NCBI RefSeq assembly: GCF_964213995.1
Contig: NC_135815.1
Span: forward strand, 2,480,001 to 2,544,000
Source of the DNA: Mustelus asterias
Taxonomy: Eukaryota
Direction of reading: 5' to 3'
DNA length: 64,000 nucleotides
The translations under genes and the position numbers were made by a program. Under the pieces are notes generated by a model. It did not search any database. It was not told the DNA's origin and was given only the letters and a program-made list of their open reading frames with translations. Every line of letters begins with the position of its first letter. The first letter of the stretch is position 1. Shown here one piece after another: positions 34,301 to 47,414 of this stretch.

Positions 34301-36744
34301 CACTGTGCCACCGTGCCACCCACGATGTGAAAGGTGCTTTAGAATTTTTCTTTATTGGCTCATTATACAGTTATCTACCTTCCAAAATAGCAACTTTGAT
34401 GCGAAATATTATAATATCATAGAAATCATAGAAACCCTACAGTACAGAAAGAGGCCATTCGGCCCACCGAGTCTGCACCGACCACAATCCCACCCAGGCC
34501 CTACCCCCACATATTTTACCCGCTAATCCCTCTAACCTACGCATCCCAGGACTCTAAGGGGCAATTTTTTTAACCTGGCCAATCAACCTAACCCGCACAT
34601 CTTTGGACTGTGGGAGGAAACCGGAGCACCCGGAGGAAACCCACGCAGACACGAGGAGAATGTGCAAACTCCACACAGACAGTGGCCCGAGCCAGGAATC
34701 GAACCCGGGACCCTGGAGCTGTGAAGCAGCAGTGCTAACCACTGTGCTACCGTGCCGCCCAACTGGGTTGGCTCTGGTGTGGGGTACGCTGGTGTGGGGT
34801 AGTTAAATATTAGCAGGTGAGTTTGTTCCTGACTCGGTTTTCGACACTGCTGATGGAAATGTCATTAAGGAAGCTGTAAAAGAGGAAGTCGGTTTTAACT
34901 GAACCCACAGGAGTTTATTTTTGGACTGAACAGTTCTAAATGCTTGGTTTTGTTTGTGGAGTTTTTGATCTCTGTACATTAAACTGTAAAGTAGCATTGT
35001 ACACAGAGCTGCTGGCTTTTCCCCTTTGTTAAATTGTGTCAAAAAATTTAAAGAAGACAATGAACAAAGAACAAAGAAAATTACAGCACAGGAACAGGCC
35101 CTTTGGTCCTCCAAACTGCACCGACCATGCTGCCCGACTGAACTAAAACCCCCGACACTTCCGGGGACCATATCCCTCTATTCCCATCCTATTCATGTAC
35201 TTGTCAAGACGCCCCTTAAAATTCACGATGGTATCCGCTTCCACTCCCTCCCTCGGCAACGAGTTCCAGGCACTGAAAGAAAAATCCATTCATTGCAATC
35301 GATCTGGAAACAGATTTGATAAATTAGAGAGAAATATAAAGAACAGACGGTTTGACAAAGTTCCTCTTTTTATCTGCATATTGTTCCAACTCTTTCTGCA
35401 CTCTCTCCTTTCCTTCTCTATGAACAGTATGCTCTGTCTGTATAGCGTGTGAGAAACAAAACTTTTCACTGTATGCTAATATATGTGACAATAATAAATC
35501 AAATCAAATCAAATCTAAGGGAACTGTGATGTTGTAAAGTGGACATAGGCTGCCTTGTCCCAATTCCTAAGAATGCTAGTCTCTACCCTACTGCACCTGA
35601 AACCCTCATCAGCGCCTACCCTGATACATTCTGCCCTTCATCAATTTGAACTCATCCAAGGGAGGTGGGTGGCGGCAGGGGGGAGGGGGGGGGGGGCGGC
35701 GCGGGGTGGGGGGGGCGCGGGGGGGGGGGGGTGGCGGATGAGGTGGTGAGGGGGGGGGGTGGTTCCAGGGAGTGGGGGGAGCAGTGGTGTAGTGGTATTG
35801 TCACTGCTCGAGTAATCCAGGGACCTCGGGCAAAACCTGGGACCTGAGATTGAATGCCACCCCGACAGATGGTAACATTTGAATTCATAAAAATATCTAC
35901 CTTCCAAAATAGCAACTTTGATGAGAAATATTATAATATAAATAATTTAAATATTAGCAGCTGAGTTTGTTCCTGACTCAGTTTTCGCCACTGCTCCGAT
36001 ATACAAAGAAGTCAAAAGTCCTCTTGTTGGAAGTGCCTTTCAGGAAGCTGTAAAAGAGGAAGTTGGGTTTAAATAAGCCCACGAGAGTTAAAGAATTAAA
36101 GGGAGTTAAAAGTCTAATGGTGACCATGAAACCATTGTCGATTGTTGTAAAAACATGTCTGGTTCACTTTAGGGAAGGAAATCTGTCGTCCTTACCTGGT
36201 CTGACCTCCATGTGACTTCAGAGCCACAGCAATGTGGTTAAGTCTTAAAAATGCCTTTTGAAATGGAGGGAGTTAGGGATGGGCAATAAATGCAGGCCCA
36301 GCCAGTGACGCCCACATTCCATACAAAAGACTCTGCCAGCTATCTCCCACCTCACACCCACTCCATGTGCCATTCATTGAATACATTTAAGACTGGGGCA
36401 GTTGGGCTTTGGATCTCTCGGGAAATCAAGGATTCTGGAGAGTGGGTGGGAAACTGGTTGAGGAATAACCAGGATCACAGTGAATGGTGGAGCAGGCTCA
36501 AGGGGCCATGTGATCAACTCCTGCTCCTATCCAAACATTCCAGCATTCCCAAATGTGTGAATGACAGGAAGGAGAATGGTGGTGAACAACTGTTTTTTGG
36601 ACTGGCAGAAGGGTTTCCCATTAGGATCACTGCTTTCCTAGATATATATTAATGAAATGGGCGTGATCGTACAGGACCTGAGGTCAAAATGTGAAGATAG
36701 TGCGCAACATGGAAGTATTGTGAACTGTGAGGAGGACAGTGAAC

Positions 36745-37425
36745 TAAGAACAAAGAACAGCACAGGAACAGGCCCTTCGGCCCACCAAGTCTGTGCCAAC
36801 ACAGAAGCCTCTCTAATCTAGTATTTAATGCCGCTACATGGTTCCTATCCCTCTATTCCCTGCCTATTCATGTATCTATCCAGATGCCTCTTGAACGTTG
36901 TTATAGAATCTGCTCCCACCTCCTCCTCCGGCAGCGCGTTCCAGCCATTCACCACCCTCTGTGTGAAAAACTTGCCCTTTACATCTCTTGTAAACTTTCC
37001 GCTTCTCACTCTCAACCTATGCCCCCTGAGTAATTGACCCTTCAACTCTGGGAAAAAGATTCTGACTATCCTGTCATAATCCTGTAAACCTCTATCAGGT
37101 CCCCCCTCATCCTCTGATGCTCCAATGAAAACAATTCAAGTTTGTTCAACCTTTCTTCATAGTCCATATCCTCCAAACCAGGCAACACTTGTTAAATCTC
37201 TTCTTCACCCTTTCCAGTGCATCAACATCGTTCCGGTAGTGTGGTGACCAGAATTTTACACAATATTCCAAATGCGGCCTAACCAAAGTCTTATACAGCT
37301 GCAACATGATTTTCCAATTCCTATACTCAACACCCTGAGCGATGAAGGCCAGCATGCCGGACGCCTTCTTGACCAACTTGTCCACCTGAGTTGCCACCTT
37401 CAGGGAACTGTGGACCTGCACGCCT
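36745..37425 (-). mobile_element. CR1 LINE 3' fragment
   Basis: LYKTLVRPHLEYC..KFFTQRVVNGWN. Confidence 0.85.
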
Positions 37426-38536
37426 CACATCTGATAGACATTAAGAGGATCTAGACTTGCTGGTGGAATGGACAGACACATGGCAGATAAAGCTTAATGC
37501 AGAGAAATGTGAGGCAATGAATTTTAGTAGGAAGAATAAGGAGAGACAGTATAAACTGAAGGACATAATTCAAAAGGGAATGCAGAAGCAGAGGAACTTG
37601 GTGCATGTGTACACAAATCAATAAGGTGACAGGACAATGGAAAAGTGGGTAACAAGTGTTCTGGGTTTTATAAATAGCGACTTTGACCAAAAACAAGAAT
37701 GTTCCAGGGAACATTAATGAAGCAATAATTCAATCTCTGGATGATTGGGTTTAGTTCTGGGCAGAAAAGATTTATGAGATGGTTTGAGGATGAGGAGCTC
37801 CAATTCTGTGGTGGACTGTTCAGGTCATAAAAGGGAAACTTGTCAAGTTGTTTGGAAGAGGAAGTGTCTGAACAGAAAAATTGAGAGAAATTAGGCTGGA
37901 TTTAATGATACGACAGTGTCCCTGACTCCCTCTTCCCCACAGAGGAACGTTTGTGAGGGGTAGGGGGAGCTGTGTCCTGACTGATAGCTCACCGTGCAGC
38001 CATTCATTGGTTAAAGGCAAGACATGCTCTCTGTCAGAGCGGAAAGTCGCACCTCAGAGAGCTGGCAGCCAATCAAATGCTCTCTGATTTTTGCAATGAG
38101 ACTGGTGCTTGGGTTTCACCCACTTTCCAGAGTTAAGGATAGGTGGGGTGAGCTTGCCAGCCGCAGACGAGGGGGCCCCATCAAGGATGGCAAGGCCACA
38201 GATATGGAAACATTCATGGTGGGTGGAGTATCTGGGGAAGAGTTTGGGGGGTGTTGCCCAGATAATCTCAGTGGGATTAATGGAGGAGGTCCCCTTCCTC
38301 GCCAGTAGCCCACACAATAAAAGCTGCCTGGTTGCATGCTTGGCATGGTTCTCTCCTGCTATTGGTTGAATCGCAATGATGGCAAAATAGTTAGCCAATT
38401 AATGGCATCCATTGGTCCAATGGGCAGCGGGGCCTCCCCACATCACCCCTGCCATGGGTAAAATTGTGATAGGGTCAGGATGTGTGGCTATGGTTGAGCA
38501 CAATTTTGGTAGAAATAATGTAGGGAGGAGCTATAC

Positions 38537-41500
38537 ATAGAACATCGAACATAGAACAGTACAGCACAGAACAGGCCCTTCGGCCCACGATGTTGTGCCG
38601 AGCTTTATCTGAAACCAAGATCAAGCTATCCCACTCCCTATCATCCTGGTGTGCTCCATGTGCCTATCCAATAACCGCTTTAATGTTTCTAAAGTGTCTG
38701 ACTCCACTATCACTGCAGGCAGTCCATTCATAGAACATAGAACATAGAACATTACAGCGCAGAACAGGCCCTTCGGCCCACGATGTTGCACCGACCAGTT
38801 AAAAAAAAAACTGTGACCCTCCAACCTAAACCAATTTCTTTTCGTCCATGAACCTATCTACGGATCTCTTAAACGCCCCCAAACTAGGCGCATTTACTAC
38901 TGATGCTGGCAGGGCATTCCAATCCCTCACCACCCTCTGGGTAAAGAACCTACCCCTGACATCGGTTCTATAACTACCCCCCCTCAATTTAAAGCCATGC
39001 CCCCTCGTGCTGGATTTCTCCATCAGAGGAAAAAGGCTATCACTATCCACCCTATCTAAACCTCTAATCATCTTATATGTTTCAATAAGATCCCCTCTTA
39101 GCCGCCGCCTTTCCAGCGAAAACAATCCCAAATCCCTCAGCCTCTCCTCATAGGATCTCCCCTCCATACCAGGCAACATCCTGGTAAACCTCCTCTGCAC
39201 CCTCTCCAAAGCCTCCACATCCTTCCTGTAATGTGGGGACCAGAACTGCACACAGTACTCCAAGTGCGGCCGCACCAGAGTTGTGTACAGTTGCAACATA
39301 ACGCTACGACTCCTAAATTCAATCCCCCTACCAATAAACGCCAAGACACCATATGCCTTCTTAACAACCTTATCTACTTGATTCCCAACTTTCAGGGATC
39401 TATGCACACATACACCTAGATCCCTCTGCTCCTCCACACTATTCAAAGTCCTCCCGTTAGCCCTATACTCAACACATCTGTTATTCCTACCAAAGTGAAT
39501 TACCTCACACTTCTCCGCATTAAACTCCATCCGCCACCTCTCGGCCCAACTTTGCAACCTGTCTAAGTCTTCCTGCAAACTACGACACCCTTCCTCACTG
39601 TCTACCACACCACCGACTTTGGTGTCATCAGCAAATTTGCTAATCCACCCAACTATACCCTCATCCAGATCATTAATAAATATTACAAACAGCAGTGGCC
39701 CCAAAACAGATCCCTGAGGTACACCACTTGTAACCGCACTCCATGATGAATATTTACTATCAACCACCACCCTCTGTTTCCTATCCGCTAGCCAATTCCT
39801 GATCCAATTTCCTAGATCACCCCCAATCCCATACATCTGCATTTTCTGCAGAAGCCTACCATGGTGAACCTTATCAAACGCCTTACTAAAATCCATATAT
39901 ACCACGTCCACTGCCTTGCCCCCATCCACCTCCTTGGTCACTTTCTCAAAAAACTCAATAAGGTTAGTAAGGCACGACCTACCTGCCACAAAACCATGCT
40001 GACTATCACCTATCAATTCATTACTCTCCAAATAACTATAAATCCTATCCCTTATAATTTTTTCCAACATCTTGCCGACAACAGAAGTGAGACTCACCGG
40101 TCTATAATTCCCGGGGAAGTCTCTGTTCCCCTTCTTAAACAATGGGACAACATTCGCTAACCTCCAATCTTCTGGTACTATACCAGAGGCCAACGACGAC
40201 CTGAAGATCAGAGCCAGAGGCTCTGCAATCACTTCTCTTGCCTCCCAGAGAATCCTTGGATAAATCCCATCCGGACCAGGGGATTTATCTATTTTCAGAC
40301 CCTCCAGAATATCCTGCACATCCTCCTTATCAACTGTAATAATGTCTATTCTACTCCCCTGCAACCCAGTGTCCTCCTCAGCTATATTCATGTCCCCTTG
40401 CGTGAACACCGAAGAGAAATATTGGTTCAATGCTTCACCAATCTCCTCCGGTTCCACACATAACTTCCCTATTCATCCACACCTAAATTCCACACATAAG
40501 TATTCATCCACACATAAATTCCACACCCCAACCACTCTCTGCGTAAAGAACCTACCTCTGATATCCGTCCTGTATCTCCCACCACGAACTCTATGGTTAT
40601 GCCCCCTTGTAATAGCTCCATCCACCCGAGGAAATAGTCTTTGAACGTTCACTCTATCTATCCCCTTCATCATTTTATACACCTCTATTAAGTCTCCCCT
40701 CAGCCTCCTCCGCTCCAGAGAGAACAGCCCCTGTTCCCTCAACCTTTCCTCATATGACCTACGCTCCAAACCAGGCAGCATCCTGGTAAATCCCTCTGCA
40801 CTCTTTCCAGCGCTTCCACATCCTTCTTATAGTGAGGTGACCAGAACTGCACACAATATTCCAAATGTGGTCTCACCAAGGTCCTGTACAGTTGCAGCAT
40901 AACCCCACGGCTCTTAAACTCCAACCCCCTGTTAATAAAAGCTAACACACTATAGGCCTTCTTCACAGCTCTATCCACTTGACTGGCAACCTTTAGAGAT
41001 CTGTGGATATGGACCCCAAGATCTCTCTGTTCCTCCACAGTCTTCAGAACCCTACCTTTGACCCTGTAATCACATTTAAATTAGTCCTACCAAAATGAAT
41101 CACCTCACATTTATCAGGGTTAAACTCCATTTGCCATTTTTCAGCCCAGCTTTGCATCCTATCTATGTCTCTTTGCAGCCTACAACAGCCCTCCACCTCA
41201 TCCACTACTCCACCAATCTTGGTGTCATCAGCAAATTTACTGATCCACCCTTCAGCCCCCTCCTCTAAGTCATTAATAAAAATCACAAAGAGCAGAGGAC
41301 CAAGCACTGATCCCTGCGGCACACCGCTAGCAACCTGCCTCCAATCCGAAAATTTTCCATCGACCACCACCCTCTGTCTTCGGTCAGACAGCCAGTTACC
41401 TGTCCAATCGGCCAACTTTCCCTCTATCCCACACTTCATTACTTTCATCATAAGCTGACCATGGGGGACCTTATCAAACGCCTTACTAAAATCCATGTAT

Positions 41501-43475
41501 ATGACATCAACTGCCCTACCTTCATCAACACACTTAGTTACCTCCTCAAAAAATTCTATCAAATTTGTGAGGCACGACTTGCCCTTCACGAATCCGTGCT
41601 GACTATCTCGGATTAATCCGCATCTTTCTAAATGGTCGTAAATCCCATCCCTAAGGACCCTTTCCATCAATTTACCAACCACCGAAGTAAGACTAACCGG
41701 TCTATAATTACCAGGGTCATTTCTATTTCCTTTCTTAAACAGAGGAACAACATTCGCCATTCTCCAGTCCTCTGGCACCATCCCCGTGGACAGCGAGGAC
41801 CCAAAGATCAACGCCAAAGGCTCTGCAATCTCATCCCTTGCCTCCCACAGAATCCTAGGATACATTTCATCAGGCCCAGGGGACTTATCGATCTTCAGTT
41901 TATTCAAAACTGCCAAGACATCCTCCCTCCGAACATCTATTTCCTCCAGCCTATTAGCCTGTAACACCTTCTCTTCCTCAAAAACATGGCCCCTCTCATT
42001 GGTGAACACTGAAGAAAAGTATTCATTCATCACCTCGCCTATCTCTACTGACTCCATACACAAGTTCCCACTACTGTCCTTGACCGGCCCTAATCTCACT
42101 CTGGTCATTCTTTTATTCCTCACATAAGAGTAAAAAGCCTTGGGGTTTTCCTTGATCCGACCCGCCAAGGACTTCTCATGTCCCCTCCTAGCTCTCCTCG
42201 GCCCCTTTTTCAGCTCATTCCTTGCTAACTTGTAACCCTCAATCGAGCCATCTGAACCTTGTTTCCTCATCCCTACATAAGCTTCCCTCTTCCTTTTCAC
42301 AAGACATTCCACCTCTTTTGTGAACCATGGTTCCCTCACTCGGCCATTTCCTCCCTGCCTGACAGGAACATACCTATCAAGGACATCCAGTATTTGTTCC
42401 TTGAAAAAGTTCCACTTTTCATTAGTTCCTTTCTCTGACAGTTTCTGTTCCCAACTTATGCCCCCTAATTCTTGCCTAATCGCATCATAATTACCCCTCC
42501 CCCAATTGTAAACCTTGCCCTGCCGTACGGCCCTATCCCTCTCCATTGCAATAACAAAAGACACCGAATTGTGGTCACTATCTCCAAATTGCTCTCCCAC
42601 AACCAAATCTAACACTTGGCCCGGTTCATTTCCCAGTACCAAATCCAATGTGGCCTCACCTCTAGTCGGCCCATCCACATATTGTGTCAGGAAACCCTCC
42701 CGCACACACTGCACAAAAACTGCCCCATCCAAACTATTTGACCTACAAAGGTTCCAATCAATATTTGGAAAGTTAAAGTCCCCCATGACAACTACCCTGT
42801 GACCCCCACACATATCCATAATCTGCTTAGCAATTTCTTCCTCCACATCTCTATTACTATTTGGGGGCCTATAGTAAACTCCTAGCAACGTGACCGCTCC
42901 TTTCCTATTTCTAACTTCAGCCCATATTACCTCAGTGTGCAGATCCCCCACGAAGTGCCTTTCCGTAGCCGTTAAACTATCCTTGATTAACAATGCCACT
43001 CCTCCACCTCTTTTACCAGCTTCCCTACACTTAGTGAAACATCTATACCCCGGAACGTCCAACAACCATTCCTGTCCTTGTTCTACCCACGTCTCCGTAA
43101 TGGCCACAACATCGTAGTCCCAAGTACCAATCCACGCCCCAAGTTCATCTACCTTGTTCCGGATGCTCCTTGCATTGAAGTAGACACACTTCAACCCACC
43201 TTCCTGTCTACCAGTACCCACCCTTGACCCTGATACCTTCCCCAATACCTCACCACCCTCACTGACTTCTGGACTACAACTCCCTTTCCCACTCCCCTGA
43301 CAAATTAGTTTAAACCCCCCTGAAGAGCCGTAACAAATTTCCCTCCGAGGAAATTGGTGCCCCTCTGGTTCAGGTGCACCCCGTCCTGTTTGTACAGGTC
43401 CCACCTTCCCCAGAACGTGTTCCAATTATCCACGTATCTGAAACCCTCCCTCCTACACCATCCCTGCAACCACAT
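38537..43475 (-). mobile_element. Long CR1 element: ORF1 esterase C-terminus (43305-43475) plus frameshifted ORF2 (APE+RT), interrupted by a nested CR1
   Basis: ORF1 SGNH-like DGVHLN. APE motifs NARS, ITETW, GDFN, SDH. RT motifs PQGS, FADD. Frameshifts near 41050 and 40790. The 3' end lies at 38537-38730. Confidence 0.93.
38731..40470 (-). mobile_element. Nested young CR1 (open 543-aa RT/C-terminal ORF)
   Basis: ORF 38826-40457 uninterrupted, with its own (tgttcta)n tail, inserted in the 3' end of the host CR1. Confidence 0.92.
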
Positions 43476-44220
43476 ATTTAACTGCACAATAAATGGCAGA
43501 ACCATAAAGGGTGTAGATACGCAGAGGGACCTGGGTGTGCAAGTCCACAGATTCTTGAAGGTGACGTCACAGGTGGAGAAGGTGGTGAAGAAGGCATATG
43601 GCATGCTTGCCTTTATAGGACGGGGCATAGAGTATAAAAGTTGGGGTCTGATGTTGCAGATGTATAGAACGTTGGTTCGGCCGCATTTGGAATACTGCGT
43701 CCAGTTCTGGTCGCCACACTACCAGAAGGACGTGGAGGCTTTGGAGAGAGTACGGAGGAGGTTTACCAGGATGTTGCCTGGTATGGAGGGGCTTGGTTAT
43801 GAGGAGAGATTGGGGAAACTGGAGTTGTTCTCCCTGGAAAGACGGAGGATGAGGGGAGACTTAATAGAGTTGTATAAAATTACGAAAGGCATAGATAGGG
43901 TGAACGGTGGGAAGCTTTTTCCCAGGTCGGTGGTGACGTTCACGAGGGGTCATAGGTTCAAGGTGAAGGGGGAAGGTTTAACACGGATATCAGAAGGACG
44001 TATTTTACACAGAGGGTGGTGGGGGCCTGGAATGCGCTGCCAGGCAAGGTGGTGGAGGCGGACACACTGGGAACGTTTAAGACTTATCTAGATAGCCATA
44101 TGAACGGAGTGGGAATGGAGGGATACAAAAGAATGGTCTAGTTTGGACCAGGGGGCGGCACGGGTTTGGAGTGCCGAAGGGCCTGTTCCTGTGCTGTATT
44201 GTTCTTTGTTCTTTGTTCTA
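43476..44220 (+). mobile_element. CR1 LINE 3' fragment, head-to-head with the long CR1
   Basis: INGRTIKGVDTQRDLGVQVH..RPHLEYC and (ttctttg)n tail. Confidence 0.88.
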
Positions 44221-45619
44221 ATGCCCATCGAATGTATGTCTGATTCTAGAGGACCACAACTCTGTGAGGACCTCCTCCAGGGATCACAGCCGACACGCAC
44301 ACAGCTTGTGATTCAGCTGGAGATAGGATAGATACTCCCTGAACACTCTGCGTGGATAAGGTTTTCTGTTGAGAGCCCTTCTCCTCCTCCTCCTCCCCTC
44401 GCTATGAGCACTATCTCTCCCTCTTGGGAAGGTGATGCCCTCGTGGTATTATCGCTAGACTATTAATCCAGAAGTTCAGATAATGTTCTGGGGAGCCGGG
44501 TTCGAATCCCACCGTGGCAGATAGTGGAATTCGAATTCAATAAAAAATATCTAGAATTAAGAATCTTCTGATGACCATGAAACCATTGTCGATTGTTGGA
44601 AAAACCCATCTGGTTCACTAATGTCCTTTAGGGAAGGAAATCTGCCGTCCTTACCTGGTCTGGCCTACCTGTGGCTCCAGAGCCACAGCAATGTGGTTGA
44701 CTCTCAACTGCCCTCTGAAATGGCTGAGCAAGCCACTCAATTCAAGGGCAACTGGAGATGGGCAATAAATGCTGGCCAGCCAGCAGTGCCCATGTCCCAT
44801 GAATGAATTGCTGCCAATTCTCCACCTCCCCCCCATTCCTCAAGAGGGGAGGCTACTCCAGTGTTGGTGGATCCATTGATTGAAATTTTTCATAACTCAT
44901 AAATTCCGGGAGAGGGTACAAGAGGATTGGAAAACAGCCAATGTGACTCTCTTGTTCAAAAAGGGAGAAAGGCAGAAGGGAGGGAACTATAGGTCAGTGA
45001 GTTAAATTGGCAAGATGCTGGAGTCAATAATCAAAGAGGAGATAGCTAATCATTTAGGAAAGCAGAATATAATCAAACCTAGTCAACATTGTTTCATGAA
45101 AAGTAAATCATGTTTGACAAATTTGCTCAAACTCTTTGAGGATATAACAGAGAGAATAGATAGAGGTGAACCTGTAGATATCGTGTTTTTAGATTTCCTA
45201 AAGGCATTGACAAGGTGCCACATATCACAAGGTGTAGCACGGTGGCACAGTGGTTAGCACTGCTGCCTCACAGTGCCAGGGTCCCGGGTTCAATTCTCAG
45301 CTTGGGTCACTGTTTGTGTGGAATCTGCACATTCTCTCCGTGTCTGTGTGGGTTTCCTCCGGATGCTCCGGTTTCCTCCCACAGTTCGAAAGACGTGCTG
45401 GTTTGGTGCATTGGCCATGCTAAATTCTCCCTCTGTGAACCTGAACAGGCGCCGGAGTGTGGTGACTGGAGGATTTTCACAGTAACTTCATTGCAGTGTT
45501 AATGTAAGCCTACTTGTGACACTGATAAACTTTCAATATAACAGGCTGATGCATGAAGTAAAAGCCTATGGAATTGAAGGAAGTGTTAGCATGGATTGAA
45601 AACTGGCCATCACATAGAA

Positions 45620-46269
45620 GTGGAGATGCCAGCGTTGGACTGGGGTAAACACAGTAAGAAGTTTAACAACACCAGGTTAAAGTCCAACAGGTTTATTTGG
45701 TAGCAAAAGCTACAAGCTTTCGGAGCCTTAAGCTCCTTCTTCAGGTGAGTGGGAATTCTGTTCACAAACAGGGCATATAAAGACTCAAACTCAATTTACA
45801 GAATAATGGTTGGAATGCGAATCCTTACAGCTAATCAAGTATTAAAGGTACAAACAATGTGAGTGGAGAGAGCATTAAGACAGGTTAAGGAGATGTGTAT
45901 TGTCTCCAGACAGGACAGCCAGTGAAATTCTGCAAGTCCAGGCAGGCTGTGGGGGTTACAGATAGTGTGACATGAACCCAATATCCCGGTTGAGGCCGTC
46001 CTTGTGTGTGCGGAACTTGGCTATCAGTTTCTGCTCAGCGACTCTGCGCCGTCGTGTGTCGTGAAGGCCGCCTTGGAGAACGCTTACCCGAATATCAGAG
46101 GCCGAATGCCCGTGACCGCTGAAGTGCTCCCCAACAGGAAGAGAACAGTCTTGCCTGGTGATTGTCGAGCGGTGTTCATTCAGCCGTTGTCGCAGCTCCA
46201 AAAGCTTGTGGCTTTTGCTACCAAATAAACCTGTTGGACTCTAACCTGGTGTTGTGAGACTTCTTACTG
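45620..46269 (-). mobile_element. 5'-truncated Penelope-like element (GIY-YIG C-terminal part, pLTR, inverted 5' pLTR piece)
   Basis: RQRLNEHR..PVGEHF..H..RRRVAEQKLIAKF..GLNRD. 12-bp TSD catcacatagaa. 46194-46269 is an inverted copy of 45652-45726. Confidence 0.9.
45711..45750 (-). ncRNA. Hammerhead-ribozyme-like core in the Penelope pLTR
   Basis: CUGAAGA-a-ggagc-uuaag-gcucc-GAAA-gcuugua. Second copy at 34148-34190 (CUGAUGA..GAAA). Helix III is minimal or non-canonical. Confidence 0.55.
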
Positions 46270-47414
46270 CATCACATAGAAAACAGACAGTTGGAATTAA
46301 TGAATTCTGCAGAGAGTGGCGAATCTCTGGAATTCTCTGCCCCGAAGGGTGCTGGAAGCTGGATCATTAGAAGTATTTAAAGTGGAGGTGGATAAATATT
46401 TGACAGATCGAGGAATAGAGGGCGATGGGGAAATGGCACAGAAAGGAGTTGAGGCCGACACAGATCAGCCATGATGGTATTGAATGGTGGGGCAGGCTTG
46501 ACAGGCTGATTGGCCAACTCCTGCTTCTATTTCTTGTGTTCTTGTATAGTTTTGACCCGTAACCGGAGTGAAGTGTAGAAGTTCCAGTCAAAACCCACAA
46601 CTTCCCCATTTGCAGCACGGCTTCCTGCAGCTTACAAAAAACATAAGCAAATTCCACAAAATCTCCAGCACTACCCGAAACTCAGAGTGAGGAGAACATC
46701 AGCATTAATTACTTTGTGAGTCAGTGTTGAATCCTAGAATTGTCTTTGGTGGTGAGGGAGGAGTCTTCCTATTGTTGAAAGCATCATTCGCTGTGTGGCT
46801 TTCGGAGAGGCTGATAAAACAGTGGTACAAGTTTGCAGTGCGGGACGTGGCTGCTATTCTCACTGGACTAGCTGAGGCCCAAGATAATGGCCTGGGGACA
46901 TGGGTTCAAATCCCACACCTGACAGCTGGCGGCATTTCAATTCAATTAATTAATAAATCAGGTTTTCAATTTGTAATCATTCCTGCGACCTTCTTTGCCT
47001 CTTGTGCCCCTAAATGTCTTTTTCTAAACTCTCCAGCTCCCACCTTTCACTGGCATTCTACCAGCTCTGGGACCTCGACTAGGATTCCTTGTGTGGATTC
47101 CTCTCATGAAACTTCCTCCAGAATTGAATCTGTTGCTGGGATCATTCTTTTCCCCAGGTGGTGGAGGGATGGGGTGGGGGGGATGGGGTGGGGGAGTGGG
47201 GGAGGTGGGGAGGGGGGGAGATGTGTGAACGCTGATCCATTGCTGCGAACATCACCCTTTGAACCTCAGCTCTCACACTCTCATACTCATGCCCCGCCAT
47301 GCCAGGGAAAGTGCGGGGGGCAGCGAGGCTTTGGCCGGGCGCTCACTGGTACTCTGGCTTGTTGCTGGAAGGTGACCAATAAAGGTGCAATCATCTCTCT
47401 TAACGATTCACACT

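Larger units (their letters stand above)
44860..46550 (+). mobile_element. Old decayed CR1 hosting a SINE (45234-45530) and a Penelope element
   Basis: MLESIIKEEI..KSCLTNLL..DFLKA. 3' tail near 46540. Confidence 0.8.

Noticed and set aside
41044-43425. Active autonomous LINE
   Set aside because: ORF2 has frameshifts and a nested insertion, and ORF1 is truncated.
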